Shown: positions 37,844 to 52,357 of the stretch, piece by piece
Position numbering within the stretch: position 1 is the stretch's first letter
How the letters are laid out: each line of letters opens with the position of its first letter
NCBI GenBank assembly: GCA_010909165.1
Contig: MU008156.1
Location: forward strand, 973,768-1,037,767
DNA from: Anthoceros angustus
Taxonomy: Eukaryota; Plantae; Anthocerotophyta
Direction of reading: 5' to 3'
Length of the DNA stretch: 64,000 nucleotides
Translations under genes and position numbers: made by a program
The notes under the pieces: generated by a model
What the model saw: the letters and a program-made list of their open reading frames with translations, nothing else
Databases searched by the model: none
What the model was told of the DNA's origin: nothing

Positions 37844-40800
37844 AAAATAGGAAGGAAGGAAGGGAAATTTAAAAAGGAGAGAGAGCTTCACTGTTCGCGC
37901 ATGCGCGCCACCACCCTGAGTGTACCCGACATGGCTCATATGTCGCTTTCACAACAAAAGGGGGTTCTGGCTAAAATCCCGTACGCGTCTTTTTTTGGGC
38001 AAAAACACGCATTCCCGTTTTTTTAGGCTTTGTTTGAGGGGGTTCGCTAATCTAAATGTGGTGTTCAAACTCGTGGCGGCACACCTTGCAAGTTCATTTG
38101 GTCATACTGTACCGCATCCATGGGTGGGCACTGCGATTTTGAAGGGGTGAAGATAATTAAATCCTTCAGTTACACGCCATGTCCACCATTCATCTCATAC
38201 AAACGTTTCTGTTACAAAACAGAAAGAGCGAGATAAGTGTGCAAACAAGTTTGGGCACTGCGACGTGGCAATGTGCAAGCTTGTTTGTGCAAAATAAGCA
38301 AAAAAATCTAGGTGCACAAACATGTTTGCGCACTCGGGGGCAAGAAGACTCAACTATGCAAACAACAAAGTATTTTGGCACATTCTACATAGTATTGTAG
38401 CTACGTTACATTCGACACCCACTCTTCAAGCTCAGGTGCAATATGATCTACCCCCTACTAGAAAAGGGCACCCTATGTTACACTTTATGTTAAGATTTGG
38501 ACCCCTGGATGTAACACTCATGTTGCAATTTTGGGGTCATGTAACACTTATTGGGCCCCTTGTTACACTTTGGCTTGGAAACCATACCACGGTTGTTGCA
38601 ATCATGTTGCAATGGTGTTGCAATTATGTTAAGATGAAGTGAGAGGTGGTTTGCCTCTCTCAAAATTGCAACATGATTGCAACATCTAAAGTGTTACAAG
38701 AGAGGTCTTGTAACACTTTTGGAGGCTTGATGCGAACCTCCTCCCCATCCACCATTGCCCTTTTACTTTTGCCCTTTGAAATACCACGTTTTACTTGGTA
38801 GTTACCCGCCCTTCAATACGACCACATATAAATACGTATCAATACATCCTTGTACTATATGTAGTCTACGGTGATAAATGTAATGTATTATTCTAAGTGC
38901 TATACTGTATTCAATTTCATATAAATAAGTTTGTATATTATCGTGTCATCATTACTGATACATACATATTCATGATACGATACTTTGTATTTACTATACG
39001 TGTAAATAGCGGCACCCTTTATACCCCTACTTTAGCATGTTGGCTTGCGGTTTGTCCTTCCGTCAACAATAGCCATCTTCCGCCATGGCCCAAGAAGATA
39101 TTGTCCCCACCTATCACCTTATTGTGACGATCACCGTGAGGTTATGCCCTACAAGATTGTCTTGTCGGAGGAGATTTGGTATCGCTGGCTTATGCTTTTC
39201 GCCTCCATGTAAGGCACTTCCTACTCGTCGTGTATGCACCTACGAAACTTCCGCCCTCCGTTCGATTCAATTTTCTTCTTCCCTCCACTTGCGTTTGGTG
39301 GCAAGCTTTGCCACTTCCTCCTTCTTCCTCCACATAGCACACATTGCATACAAACCAGCATGGCGTCATGAGTTATCCAGTTAATGGGTTTGCCATTTGT
39401 CCATTACCTTCCCTCCTCCTCCTCTTTCTTACGCCTTCTTTGGACATTTTCCTCTTCCGTCCTCCTTCTTCCGGCCCGTGCCTTGTCCTTGCCCGCCGCC
39501 TCCTTCTTCCTCCTCCGTTTTCCTCTTTCGGCCTCCACCCTTTATCACGGTGGCATTGCCTCAACGGGCTCCACTATGAGTCCATGCTCTCGGCCGAGGC
39601 TGCAAGGTATATGCACACTAGGCATCCTCTTGACTGCCTCCTCTGCTGCGTCCATGTTCTCTGCAGCGTCCCCACGTCCCCCCCTGGCCTCCATCTGTGC
39701 ATTGGCCTTTGCTGATATCAACTGCACCTGCATGTTGCCCTCTTAGTCCTCCTTCATTCTCTCTCCCCCTCGACATCTGCCTCATGTTCGTTACGCGCCT
39801 TTTTGCCCCTGCCCCGACCATGGCTGCTGCTGGGTGATCCACTACTGTCCGTCCTCCGCCACCCGCTCCTCCTAGTCCCCCTGCGATTTTTTGGCTGTCC
39901 ATAGTGCACACAAGTGTGTTTCTTCCTGGTGACGGTTCAGTTGCCCCCCTCCGTGCTCCACCACCCGACTCCTGCCCTCCACACACCTTGTTCCTGCCCT
40001 CCATCGGCGTCGTCACTCCATCTGATCCCAACGGCCTCCACCCTCCCCCATGGTCACACAGCGGTCTCGGGCACCCTCCACCTCTTTTCCATTATTTGCT
40101 TGCTGCCCACACCACCCCCTCCATTGTGCCTCCATTGAATCCGGGCATCGGCTTCCACCATCCCTAGGCAATCGTGGTGTCGCGGGCACCAATATCGTCC
40201 ACTGCCTCGGTTCCCCCTCACGCCTCCTCCTGCATGCTTCCTCAAGACGCCTCGCGTCTCCACTTCCCGCCTCCTTGTTCATCGCCTTTCCCCATTCAAA
40301 GTCCGTTGTCCCTCGCCCCCTCGGCCTCCTTCCTCCCAAGCCCCTTCGCCATCTGCATTCCTTGATAGCCTCTCGTCCATGTCACCACCTCGTGCACCAT
40401 CGTTGCCTCCCACCCCTTCCGTCGTCTCGGAAAGGCCACCATATCGGGATCCATCTTCAATTCAATGTCGTTAAGCAAAATGGTCATTTCCTTGTTCTCC
40501 TTGCAATAGCCGAACCTCTAGGATCTTTTCATACACTCCCTATCTTACTTTGAAGGAACTCGGGCACGAACCCCACTATCGCCTTTCACGATTTCCACCC
40601 TTTCCCTTCTAGCAATGCACCATCCTCGAAGGTTGCCTCCCTTGTCTCAAGCTTGAGCGCCGACGCATGCAGTGCACATGTGTTACCCGTTGTCCACCAT
40701 GCCCCTCATCGGCTGCAAACTTGAGCGTGTGCACACTTTGCCGTCACTTGCCGTGCGAAACCCACCTCATCCAATGTAAATAGCTCTTCATCTATTTCCT

Positions 40801-43800
40801 TCACTTCTGCAGTGCTCCAACTCCGCATCCGGGCTGGAGGTTCCACGTCTCAAAGTCGTCAAAATCAAGTGGGCTCGGCGGCCATGTTGCCTCGCCTCTT
40901 ACCTCTCGTGGCCGTCTTCGACGAGAGGCCGCTTCTTCACATCGCCGATGTCGAATGGAGCCCGGTGTGGTGGATGAGCGAGATAGAGGCCATTTGGCCT
41001 CCCCACCCGGATACGGTTCGTGGCCGTCCTATGGTGTTCGCGGCGCCGTGCGTGACTCCCCTAGCAAGCTTCACCTCGCCATACTCCCCATCCTGCGAAC
41101 CGGTTGTCCACCACCTTCGGCATCAAGGCAATGGCTTCCTCTCGTGAAAGGTGCCGGGCCATGAGTCCGAATTCAAGGCTGCTATTTTGAAAAAGCTTTG
41201 TTTGCAAAGGCCCGGTTGTCATTTACTCCTCTTGGCGGACGGCCGGTGCACATGCTACTTGCCATAATCGAACAATTTTCGACCACAACCTTGCGGACTT
41301 GGGAGCAAGTTTCATGTCCCATTGGTTTGTCGTTACTCATGATGTATTATATTGCCCACATGGCGCCGCTCTCAATGCATTCGCATTTACCATTAATCAT
41401 CGTCTTCCGACCAAAGATTGCCTTGTGCATCCGGAGGGAGGAGACAATAGACTATAACCTGCAAACCAATCACCATACATGATTTATTCCACTTTCAAGC
41501 GTGACTCGAGTGGCGTGCGCAAGGGTGACTTGTCATGTCGGTCAGCGTATGGACGGGCACCAAACCATACCCATCCATTCCGCCAAGAGACAAGGTGTCC
41601 GAGTTTTATTGCGTGAGGGAAGTACAAGTAGTGATCAAGGATGAAGGACTTTCCCATCCCAATGTTTAATTACGGTGGCATATGTCCCCACATTGTGAGG
41701 TATAAACCGTCCCCTCACCGACGATGTGCCCGAGGCGGCAAGAGCCAAGGGATGGCCCCTCCATACCAGTCCTTGATGGCGGCGAGGGAGAGCAACCTCC
41801 CCATCCATCATCCTCGATGGCCATCGTCATTGGAATTGCAGCCCTTGTCCTTAATGGCCATCGTCGGTTTCCACCACCGGGCAACAATAATGTGCACACA
41901 TACGCAATGATCCACAAATGACAGTCGAGCGGAAGGCGGTTTTGACTTATCGGATTCCACAAACACTTTAGCTGCGCATGGACTTGTAGGTAGGCGAATA
42001 GGGCCAAAAAGTGTTCACATCCGGCCTCACTGAACCCCCCATACCGTGTGTGGTCACGAACACCATGCCCGCACCATGTGGAAGGAACCACCTCGCCCGA
42101 AGGCAAGTCCCCACGAGGATAGCCACGATGAGCTCTGCTCCACGCCATGAGGCGGTGACACCGCCTCCAACCTTTGCAAAGGATCCTTGATGGCCATCAA
42201 CGGATTTCTAGTTGTGCGAAGATGGAGACATGAACACACGCCTCGTGGTGCGAACTACCACTCCACGCCCATTTAGGTTTCCGGAAGCTAGCTCCGGCAT
42301 ACATGTCCGCAGTCATACATGGCATAAGGTAGCAGGAGGCGCGCATGAGGCATGTTTCATGAAGAGGCTCGCCGCATGCGAGGATGACCAAGAGAAAGGT
42401 AGTAGCGTGAGCGAGGGGCAAGGTGGTGACATTTAAAGCGGACCACCACCTTCTGCCTCTTGTGCCCAGGCCACATCGGGTTGCGGATGAGAGGATCTTG
42501 AATTTCAACTGTTCCTTACATGTGACAAACCAAACATGGCGCTTTGATGGTGCCGACCAATAATGACGGTTCTTGGTAAATGAGTGTGAAGTGGCGCGCG
42601 GCCATAAAGGAGGCCGAATCGAAGTTTGTTTTCATGTCTCCTAAGGGCTGGAAATCCTTTGCGGCGGCGACGCCATAGTGACGTCGAGCCGTCACCCTAG
42701 CATGGTGCCGCGTGAATACATTATCGTTACGCCATGTGATGCGCATGATTGGTGGAGAGCGGGGAGTCTCGAACGATGGACATCATTATCTAGGAGAACG
42801 AATTGGCATATATATGGCAAATTCACATAGACGGTCCTTCATTCATGGCATAATGAAAGGGGCATTTAGTTTGCTTGAATGGCTCTCACGTGCCACCCAC
42901 CGTCCTTGCACAATGGTGTAGATGTTGATATAGATTATTACCAAAGCATTGAGCAGTAGCGTCTGTCGGTTCAAGCGACCTTGTGGCATGTTTTCTTCCA
43001 TGCCATGAGTTTTCAATTATTCTAATGGCTTGCACCCACCTTCCTTGGACCATGGTGGAGGGAGAATTTTATTTGAGAGAAAGGGAACCATTGTCCTTGG
43101 TTCATGGCGGTTGTAAGATGGCCATGACCTTGTCATGGCACTTCCTTGGTCATCGCCACTCGAAATCGCATTGCAAACACTTGTCCTTGGTCACGAAATG
43201 GTCATAAAAAGCGGGGACTATATATGGCATGCATGGAGGAATGGCATACGTGGACAAGGAAGGTTTCGTGTTTGTGCACGTGCACAAACATGAGTAGCTG
43301 GGAAGGTGGCATGGCAAGGCAAGGAGCCGGTGGCATGGCATGCCACGTAGTCCCCTTCTTGGATGGAAGCACTGAAGGATGGTCCTAGCGCGGCAAGTGA
43401 GGTGGGCACGTGGAGAATGCGGTGAAGTGGAGGGTGGATGATCATCGCGTGGGCGGCGAGAGAGGTGTCGGGTCTTTGGAGGGAGCAACTTGATGGTCTG
43501 CCAAAAGGAGGCGATCTTTGAGAAAGCGGCCGCAAGAGTGGGTGTCTCTAATAGGTGGGAGCTATGGCACTTGCAGGAGAGAATCCAAAACTTTCGGAGG
43601 AGGAATCAGGCCGTGACATCGGAGGAGGAGGAATTTGGCGTGAGTCAGGAGAAAGAGGGCTGGTGATCGGGAGGAGCATGGTGGTCTTTGAGGCCGGCCG
43701 TGTGGTGGCGAGAGAGGCCATTGGTCTTGTGGACCCTTCGGTGGCGATGGATAACCCCAACAACGTGGGAGGAGGATGCTGTGGAGGGAGGCTGCTGCCC

Positions 43801-46800
43801 AGGAGTGAGGCGGTCTCGAGGAGGCGGTTGCGGAGGCGGGCCAAGGCGTGCATATGATGGTCGGAGGGCGGTGAGGAGAAGGACATGGCGGCAATGATGG
43901 GGAAGCGAGGAGGCGGATGTGGAGATGGCGGATGATGAGGTGGAGACGCACAGCTACATTGCCACTACGAAATTGGAGAATTGATGGAGCGGTTGGCGGT
44001 AAGCCACTAGGCAGCGTCATTGCCGTGTTGTCCGGCATGGGCGTGGTGGAGTGTACATGGCAGAGCCGGTTATGCGATGGAGGTTGGGTGGAGAATGAGG
44101 AGTTGGTGGTTGGTGCGGCGTGGTGATATGTAGGACGTGAGCTCTAAGTGATGTGTGTGCATGACTACGGGGAAGAAGGGAAGGAAAGGCGGTGGAAGGT
44201 GAAGGCCATGTCGGGAAGGAAGGCACAGATACTAGTGGAGAAGGAAGATGGAGGAAAGGTGGCAAGCAGGCGTCACCGTCAAGTGATCTTGGAGGCAACG
44301 TAGATGGTGGGGAACGGATGTGGGAGCGGGGGGAGAGATGGTGGGAACGGATGTGGGAGAGCCGAGAGATGGTGGGGAACTGGATGGATGAGAGAATGCG
44401 GGGCGCATGCAGATACTGGAAAACAACCGTGGCGGTGGGCCGTTTGTGGAGGAATGTGAATGTTGAGCCATTTTCTTGCGAGCCAGCTGGAGTCGCCGAT
44501 GCGTGGGTGGACCGGTGATGGTCAATCGGCAACAAAGCAGATGGAATTGGTATTCCCACCTTTATAGCCTAGCATTTCAGGGTCCTTCGCCGTGAAAGTG
44601 GTGATTGAGGCCGGATAGGTCTAGGAAGTTGTGGAGGAACCACGAAAACAATGGTGTTGGTCGAAGAGTCACCAAGTGGCGTGCAAGGCATATGGCCATA
44701 TCACTTGGAAGGCGTACATGTTTGTAGATAAAGCCAATTGCATCGGCGGCCAAAGCGATCTTTGAAGATAGAGGGGCTTGAACTATCCAAAAATTCCAAT
44801 TAATTTGTCAATAAAATCAAACACTATATATGCAAGGTATGAGGGTAAGGGTTAGCTATATATTACTATATAAACAAGTCTTGACCTATATACGTACATA
44901 TATACATTATACAAAGAGGCATATAAATACACTAATATAATATAAGTATAAGATGGATGTGTACATATATATGTACACATACTCATACTTATGTCTTGAA
45001 GCCTACAAACATATATATGTATACAAAGGATATACAAAGGAGGTAAAAAGGAAGGAAATTTAAAAAGGAGAGAGCTTCCTTTATTCGGCGCCACCACCAC
45101 AGTGTACCGACATGGCTCATATATCGCTTTCACAACAAAGGGGGTTACGGCTAAAATCCGTCTGGCGTCTTTTTGGGCAAAAACACGCATTCCGTTTTAG
45201 GCTTTGTTTGAGGGGTTCGCTAATCTAAATGTGGTGTTCAAACTCGTGGCCTGCTTGCAAGTTCATTTGGTCATCTTGTGCATCCATGGGTGGGCCTTTG
45301 CGATTTTGAAGGGTGAAGATAATTAAATCCTTGATTACGCCATGTCCACCATTCATCTCATACAAGCGTTTACATTACAAAGCGAAGGCGAGATAAGTGT
45401 GCAAACAAGTTTGGAGCCTGCGGCGTAACAATGTGCAAGCTTGTTTGTACCAAAATAAGCAAAAATCTGGGTGCACAAACATGTTTTGCGCTTTTCGGAC
45501 AAGAAGACTCAACTATGCAAACAACAAAGTATTTTGGCACATTCTACATAGTATTGTAGCTACGTTACATTCGACACCCACTCTTCAAGCTCAGGTGCAA
45601 TATGATCTACCCCCTACTAGAAAAGGGCACCCTATGTTACACTTTATGTTAAGATTTGGACCTGGATGTAACACTCATGTTGCAATTTTGGGGTCATGTA
45701 ACACTTTTGGGCCCCTTGTTACACTTTGGCTTGGAAACCATACCACGATTGTTGCAATCATGTTGCAATGGTGTTGCAATTATGTTAAGATGAAGTGAGA
45801 GGTGGTTTGCCCTCTCTCAAAATTGCAACATGATTGCAACATCTAAAGTGTTACAAGAGAGGTCTTGTAACACTTTTGGAGGCTTGGTACCGAACCTCCT
45901 CCCCATCCACCATTGCCCTTTTACTTTTGCCCTTTGAAATACCACGTTTTACTTGGTAGTTACCACCGATACACCCTTCAATACGACCATATAAATACTG
46001 TATCAATACATCCTTGTACTATCGCATGTAGTCTACGGTGATAAATGTAATGTATTATTCTAAGTGCTATACGGTGTATTCAATTTCATATAAAATAAGT
46101 TTGTATATTACGTATTACATATTACCGGTATACATATTCATGGTACGATACTTTGTATTTACTATACGTGTAAATAGCGGCCCTTTATACCCCTACTTTA
46201 TAGCATGTTGCTTGCGGTTTGTCCTTCCCACGTCAACAATAGCCATCGGCTTCACATGGCGCCCAAGAAGATATTGTCCCCACCTATCACCTTATTGTGA
46301 CGCATCACGAGGTTATGCCCCTACAAGATTGTCTTGTCGGAGGAGATTTGGTATCGCTGGCTTATGCTTTTACGCCTCCATGTAAGGCACTTCCTACTCG
46401 TCATCGTATGCACCTCGAAACTTCCGCCTCCGTTCGATTCGCAATTTTCTTCTTCCCCTCCCGCTTGCGTTCGGCCGAGGCAAGCTTTGCCACTTCGTCC
46501 GCTTCCCTCCCTGCCTTCTGCAGGCACACATTGCACATACAAACCAGCATGGCCATCATGAGTTATCCAGCGTTAATGGGTTTCCACAGCAAGCTGTCCA
46601 TTTGCCTTACCTTCCCTCCAGTCCCTCCTCTTTTCTTCTGCCCTTCTTGCTGGACATTTTCCTCTTCCGTCCTCCTTCTTCCGGCTGTCGCAGCCCGTGC
46701 CCTTGTCACTTGCCCACCGCCGGCTGCCTCCTCTACTCCTCCTCCCGTTTTCCTCTTTCGGCCTCCACCCTTTATCACAGGTGGCATTGCCTCAACTGGG

Positions 46801-49800
46801 GCTCCACTATGCAGGTCCATGCTCTCGGCATCCGAGGCAAGGTATGTCTGCACAAAATTAGGCACATCGTCCTCTTGGCCTCCTCTGCTGCGTCCATGTT
46901 CTCTGCGTCCCCCCGTCTGTCCCCCACGGCCTCCATCGCATTGGCCTTTGATATCAACTGCACACATGTTGCCCTCTTAGTCCTCCTTCATTCTCTCTCC
47001 CCCTCGACATCTGCCTCATGTTTGTTACGCGCCTTTTTGCCCCCGACCATGGCTGCTGCTGGGTGATCCACTACTGTCCGTCCTCCACCCGCTCCTCCTA
47101 GTCCCCCTGCGATTTTTTGGCTGTCCATAGTGCACACAAGTGTGTTTCTTCCTGTGACGGTTCAGTTGCCCCCCTCCGTGCTCCACCACCCGACTCGTGC
47201 CCTCCACACACCTTGTTCCTGCCCTCCATCAGGCGTCGTCCTCCATCGATCCCAACGGCCTCCACCCTCCCATACATGGTCACACCGGCGGTCGGGCACC
47301 CTCCACCTCTTTTCCATTATTTGCTTGCTGCCCACGACCCTCGCGTGCCTCCATTGACCCCAATCCGGGCATGCGCTTCCACCATCCTAGGCAATCGTGG
47401 TGTCGCGGGCACCACAATATCCACTGCTGTCACTGGTTCCCCCTCCGCCTCCCTCCATGCTTCCTCAAGAAGCCTCACCGTCTCCACTTCCCGCTCCTTG
47501 TTCGCCGTCGCCTTTCCCCATTCAAAGTCCGTTGTCCTCGCCCCTCGGCCTCCTTCCTCCCAAGCCCCTTCCGCGCCATGCATTCCTTGATAGCCTCTCG
47601 TCCATGTCACCACCTCGTGCACCATCGTTGCCTCCCACCCCTTCCTTCCGTCTCGGAAAGGCCACCATATCGGATCCATCTTCAATTCAATGTCGTTAAG
47701 CAAAATGGTCATTTCCTTGTTCTCCTTGCAATAGCCGAACCTCTAGGATCTTTTCATACACTCCCTATCTTACCTTTGAAGGAACGGCAGAACCCCACTA
47801 TCGCCTTTCACGATTTCCACCCTTCCTTCTAGCAATCAGCCACCGCCGTCCTCGAAGGTTGCCTCCCTTGTCTCAAGCTTGAACGCTGCCGGCATGCAGT
47901 GCACATGTGTTACCCGTTTGTCCACCATGCCCACTCATCGCGCAAACTTGAGCGTGTGCACACTTTGCGTCACTTGCCGTGCAGTCTGCGAAACCCACCT
48001 CATCCAATGTAAATAGCTCTTCATCTATTTCCTTCACTTCTGCGCGTGCTCCAACTCCGCATCCGTCGGGAGGTTCCACGTCTCAAAGTCGTCAAAATCA
48101 AGTGGGCTCGGCCATATGTCGCCTCTTACCTCTGGAGTCTTGACGAGGAGGCCGCTTCTTCACATCGCCGATGTCGAATGGAGACCGGGTGCGGTGGATG
48201 GCGAGATAGCCCGAGGCCATTTGGCCCCTCATCCTCCCCACCCGGATACGGCGCACGTCAACTATGGTTCGCGCCTTGCGTGACTCTAGCAAGCTTCACC
48301 TCGCCATACTCCCCATCCTGCGAACGGTTGTCCACCACCTTCGTGCCATCGGCAATGGCTTCCCTCTCAGTGAAAGGTGCGGGCCATGAGTCCTGCCGAA
48401 TTCAAGGCTGCTATTTTGAAAAAGCTTTGTTTGCAAAGGCCCATGGTTGTCATTTACTCCTCTTGGCCGGGAATGTGACATGCTACTTGCCCATAATCGA
48501 ACAATTTTCGACCACAACCTCGGACTTGGGAGCAAGTTTCATGTCCCATTGGTTCTGTTGTCGTTACTCATGATGTATTATATTGCCCACATGGCACGCT
48601 CTCAATGCATTATCGCATTTACCATTAATCATCGTCTTCCGACCAAAGATTGCCTTGTGCATCCGGAGGGAGGAGACAATAGACTATAACCTGCAAACCA
48701 ATCACCATACATGATTTATTCCACTTTCAGCGCGTGACTCGAGTAGCGTGCGCAAGGGTGACTTGTCATGTCCGGTCAGCGGTATGGACGGGCACCAAAC
48801 CATACCATCCATTCCGCCAAGCAGACAAGACGGTCATCGAGTTTTATTGCGTGTGACATGGGAAGTACAAGTAGTGATCAAGGATGAAGGACTTTCCCAT
48901 CCCAATGTTTAATTACTGAGCATATGTCCCCACATTGTGAGGTATAAACCGTCCACCTCACGCGATGCCCGAGGCAAGAGCCAAGGGATGGCCCTCCATA
49001 CCGGTCCTTGATGGCCGACGAGGGAGAGCAACCTCCATCCATCATCCTCGATGGCCATCGTCATTGTGAATTGCAGCCCTTGTCCTTAATGGCCATCGTC
49101 GGTTTCCACCACGAGCAACAATAATGTGCACACACGCAATGATCCACAAAGCAGACACAGTCGAGGCGGGCGGTTTTGACTTATCGGATTCCACAAACAC
49201 TTTAGCCTGCGCATGGACTTGTAGGTAGGCGAATAGGGCCAAAAAGTGTTCACATCCGGCCTCATGAACCCCCCCCATACCTGTGTGGTCACGAACACCA
49301 TGCCCGCACCATGTGGAAGGAACCACCTCGCCACCGAGCAAGTGTCCCACGAGGATAGCCACGAGAGCTGCTCCCGCCATGAGGGGGTGACACCGCCTCC
49401 AACCTTTGCAAAGGATCCTTGATGGCCATCAGATTTCTAGTTGTGCACGAAGATGGAGACATGAACACACGCCTCGTGGTGCGAACTACCACTCCACGCC
49501 CATTTAGGTTTCCGGAAGCTAGCTCCATACGTCAACATGTCCGTCATACATGGCATAAGGTAGCAGGAGGCGCATGACGGCATGTTTCGTGAAGCTCGCC
49601 CGCATGCGAGGATGACCAAGAGAAAGGTAGTAGCGTGAAGCGAGGGCAAGGTGGTGACATTTAAAGCGGACCACCACCTTCTCTGACCTCTTGTGCCCAG
49701 GCCACATCGGGTTGCGGATGAGAGGATCTTGAATTTCAACTGTTCCTTACATGTGACAAACCAAACATGGCGAGCTTTGATGGTCGTCGACCAATGATGA

Positions 49801-52357
49801 TTCTTTGGTAAATGCAATGAGTGTGAAGTGGCGTGCGACCATAAAGGAGCGGAATCACGAAGTTTGTTTTCATGTCTCCTAAGGGCTGGAAATCCTTTGC
49901 GGCGGTCGCCATAGTGACGTCGAGCCGTCACCCTAGCATGGTGCCGATGGCGTGAATACATTATCGTTACGCCATGTGACATGATTGGTGGAGAGCGAAT
50001 GGGAGTCTCGAACGATGGACATCATTATCTAGGAGAAGCGGAATTGGCATATATATGGCAAATTCACATACAGACGGTCCTTCATTCATGGCATAATGAA
50101 AGGGGCATTTAGTTTGCTTGAATGGCTCTCACGTGCCACACCGTCCTTGCACAATGGTGTAGATGTTGATATAGATTATTACCAGCATTGGAGCAGTAGC
50201 GTCTGTCTTCAAAGCGACCTTGGCATGTTTTCTTCCATGCCATGAGTTTTCAATTATTCTAATGGCTTGCACCCACCTTCCTTGGACCATGGTGGAGGGA
50301 GAATTTTATTTGAGAGAAAGGGAACCATTGTCCTTGGTTCATGGCGGGTTGTAAGATGGCCATGACCTTGTCATGGCATGGCACTTCCTTGGTCATCGGC
50401 CACTCGAAATCGCATTGCAAACACTTGTCCTTGGGTCACGAAATGGTCATAAAAAGCGGGGACTATATATGGCATGCATGGAGGAATGGCATCGTGGACA
50501 AGGAAGGTTTCGTGTTGTGCACTTCGTGCACAAACAAAAGTAGCGCGGGAAGGTGGCATGGCAAGGCAAGGAGCCAGTGGCATGGCATGCCACGTAGTCC
50601 CCTTCTTGGATGGAAGCACGGCGAAGGATGGTCCTAGAAGGCAAGTGAGGTGGGCCTGGAGAATGCGGATTCAAGCAAGTGGAGGGTGGATGATCATCGC
50701 GTGGGCGGGAGGCGGAGAGGTGTCGGGTCTGGAGGAGCAACTTCCACAGCGGTGGAGTGCCCAAAGGAGGCGATCTTGAGAAAGCGGAGTGGGTGTCTCT
50801 AATAGGTGGGAGCTAACTGGAGCTGCTGCTGCGGAGAGAATCCAAAACTTTCGGAGGAGGAATGCAGGGTGACATCGAGGAGGAGGAGGAATTTGGCGTG
50901 AGTCAGGAGAAAGAGGGCTGTGGTGATCGGGAGGAGCATGGTGGTGCTGCCCAAGAGGCCGACCGTGTGGTGGCGAGAGAGGCCATTGGTCTTGTGGACC
51001 TTCTGTTCGGTGGCGATGGATAACCCCAACAACGTGGGAGGAGGATGCCTGTGGAGGAGGAAACTGCCACAGGAGTGGGCGGTCTCTGGAGGAGGCGGTT
51101 GCGGAGGCGGGCCAAGGCAGCGTGCATATGATGGTCGGGAGGGCGGTGAGGAGAAGGACACCGGTGGCGGCAATGATGGGGGCGCAAGCGAGGCGATGTG
51201 GAGATGGCGGATGATGAGGTGGAGACATACCGACTACATTGCCACTACGATTGGAGAATTGATGGAGCGGTTGGCGGTAAGCCACTACGCGTCATTGCCG
51301 TGTTGTGCGGTGCATGGGCGTGGTGGAGTGTACATGGCTGTGAGCCGGTTATGCGATGGAGGTTGGGTGGAGAATGAGGAGTTGGCGGTTGGTGCGGCGT
51401 GGTGATATGTAGGGGCGTGAGCTCTAAGTGATGTGTGTGCATGACTAGGGAAGAAGGGAAGGAAAGCTGGTGGAAGGTGAAGGCCATGTCGGGAAGGCAC
51501 GAGATACTAGTGGAGAGAAGGAAGATGGAGGAAAGGTGGCAAGCAGGCGTCACGTCAAGTGATCTTGGAGCAACGTAGATGGTGGGGAACACGGATGTGG
51601 GAGGCGGGGGCTGGAGAGATGGTGGGGAACACGGATGTGGGGCGGGAGCACCGAGAGATGGTGGGGAACTGGATGGATGAGAGAATGCGGGGCGCATGCG
51701 CAATCTGGAAAACAACCGTGGCAGGTGGGCCGTTTGTGGAGGGGGAATGTGAATGTTGAGCCATTTTCTTGCAGCTGGAGTCGCCGATCGTGGGTGGACC
51801 GGTGATGGTCAATCGGCAACAAAGGATGGAATTGGTATTCCCACCTTTATAGCCTAGCATTTACAGGGTCCTTCGCCGTGAAAGTGGTGATTGAGGCCGG
51901 ATAGGTCTAGGAAGTTGTGGAGGAACCACGAAAACAATGGTGTTGGTCGAAGAGTCACCAAGTGGCGTGCAAAGGCGCTATACATATCACTTGGAAGGCG
52001 TACATGTTTGTAGATAAAGCCAATTGCATCGGTGGCAACAAAGCCACGATCTTTGAAAGGATAGAGGACGCTTGAACTATCCAAAAATTCCAATTAATTT
52101 GTCAATAAAATCAAACACTTATATATGCAAGGTATGAGAGTGACGTAAGGGTTAGCATATATATTACTATATAAACAAGTCTTGACATATATACGTACAT
52201 ATCGTATACAAAGAGGCATATAAATACACTAATATAATATAAGTATAATGATGGATGTGTACATATATATGTACACATACTTATACTTATGTCTTGAAGC
52301 CTATAAACATATATATATACAAAGGATATGCAAAGGAGGTAAAATAGGAAGGAAGGA
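37844..52357. repeat. Tandem duplication of a ~7.2-kb block (copies ~37844-45045 and ~45045-52357)
   Basis: The two copies are collinear and differ mainly by small indels. AAAATAGGAAGGAAGGA bounds the pair at 37844-37860 and 52341-52357. Confidence 0.92.

Noticed and set aside
40690-40790. SWIM/CxC zinc-finger-like C..C.H text suggesting a MULE or KDZ transposase
   Set aside because: The spacing is poor, the two duplicate copies disagree, and stop density in the frame is about random.
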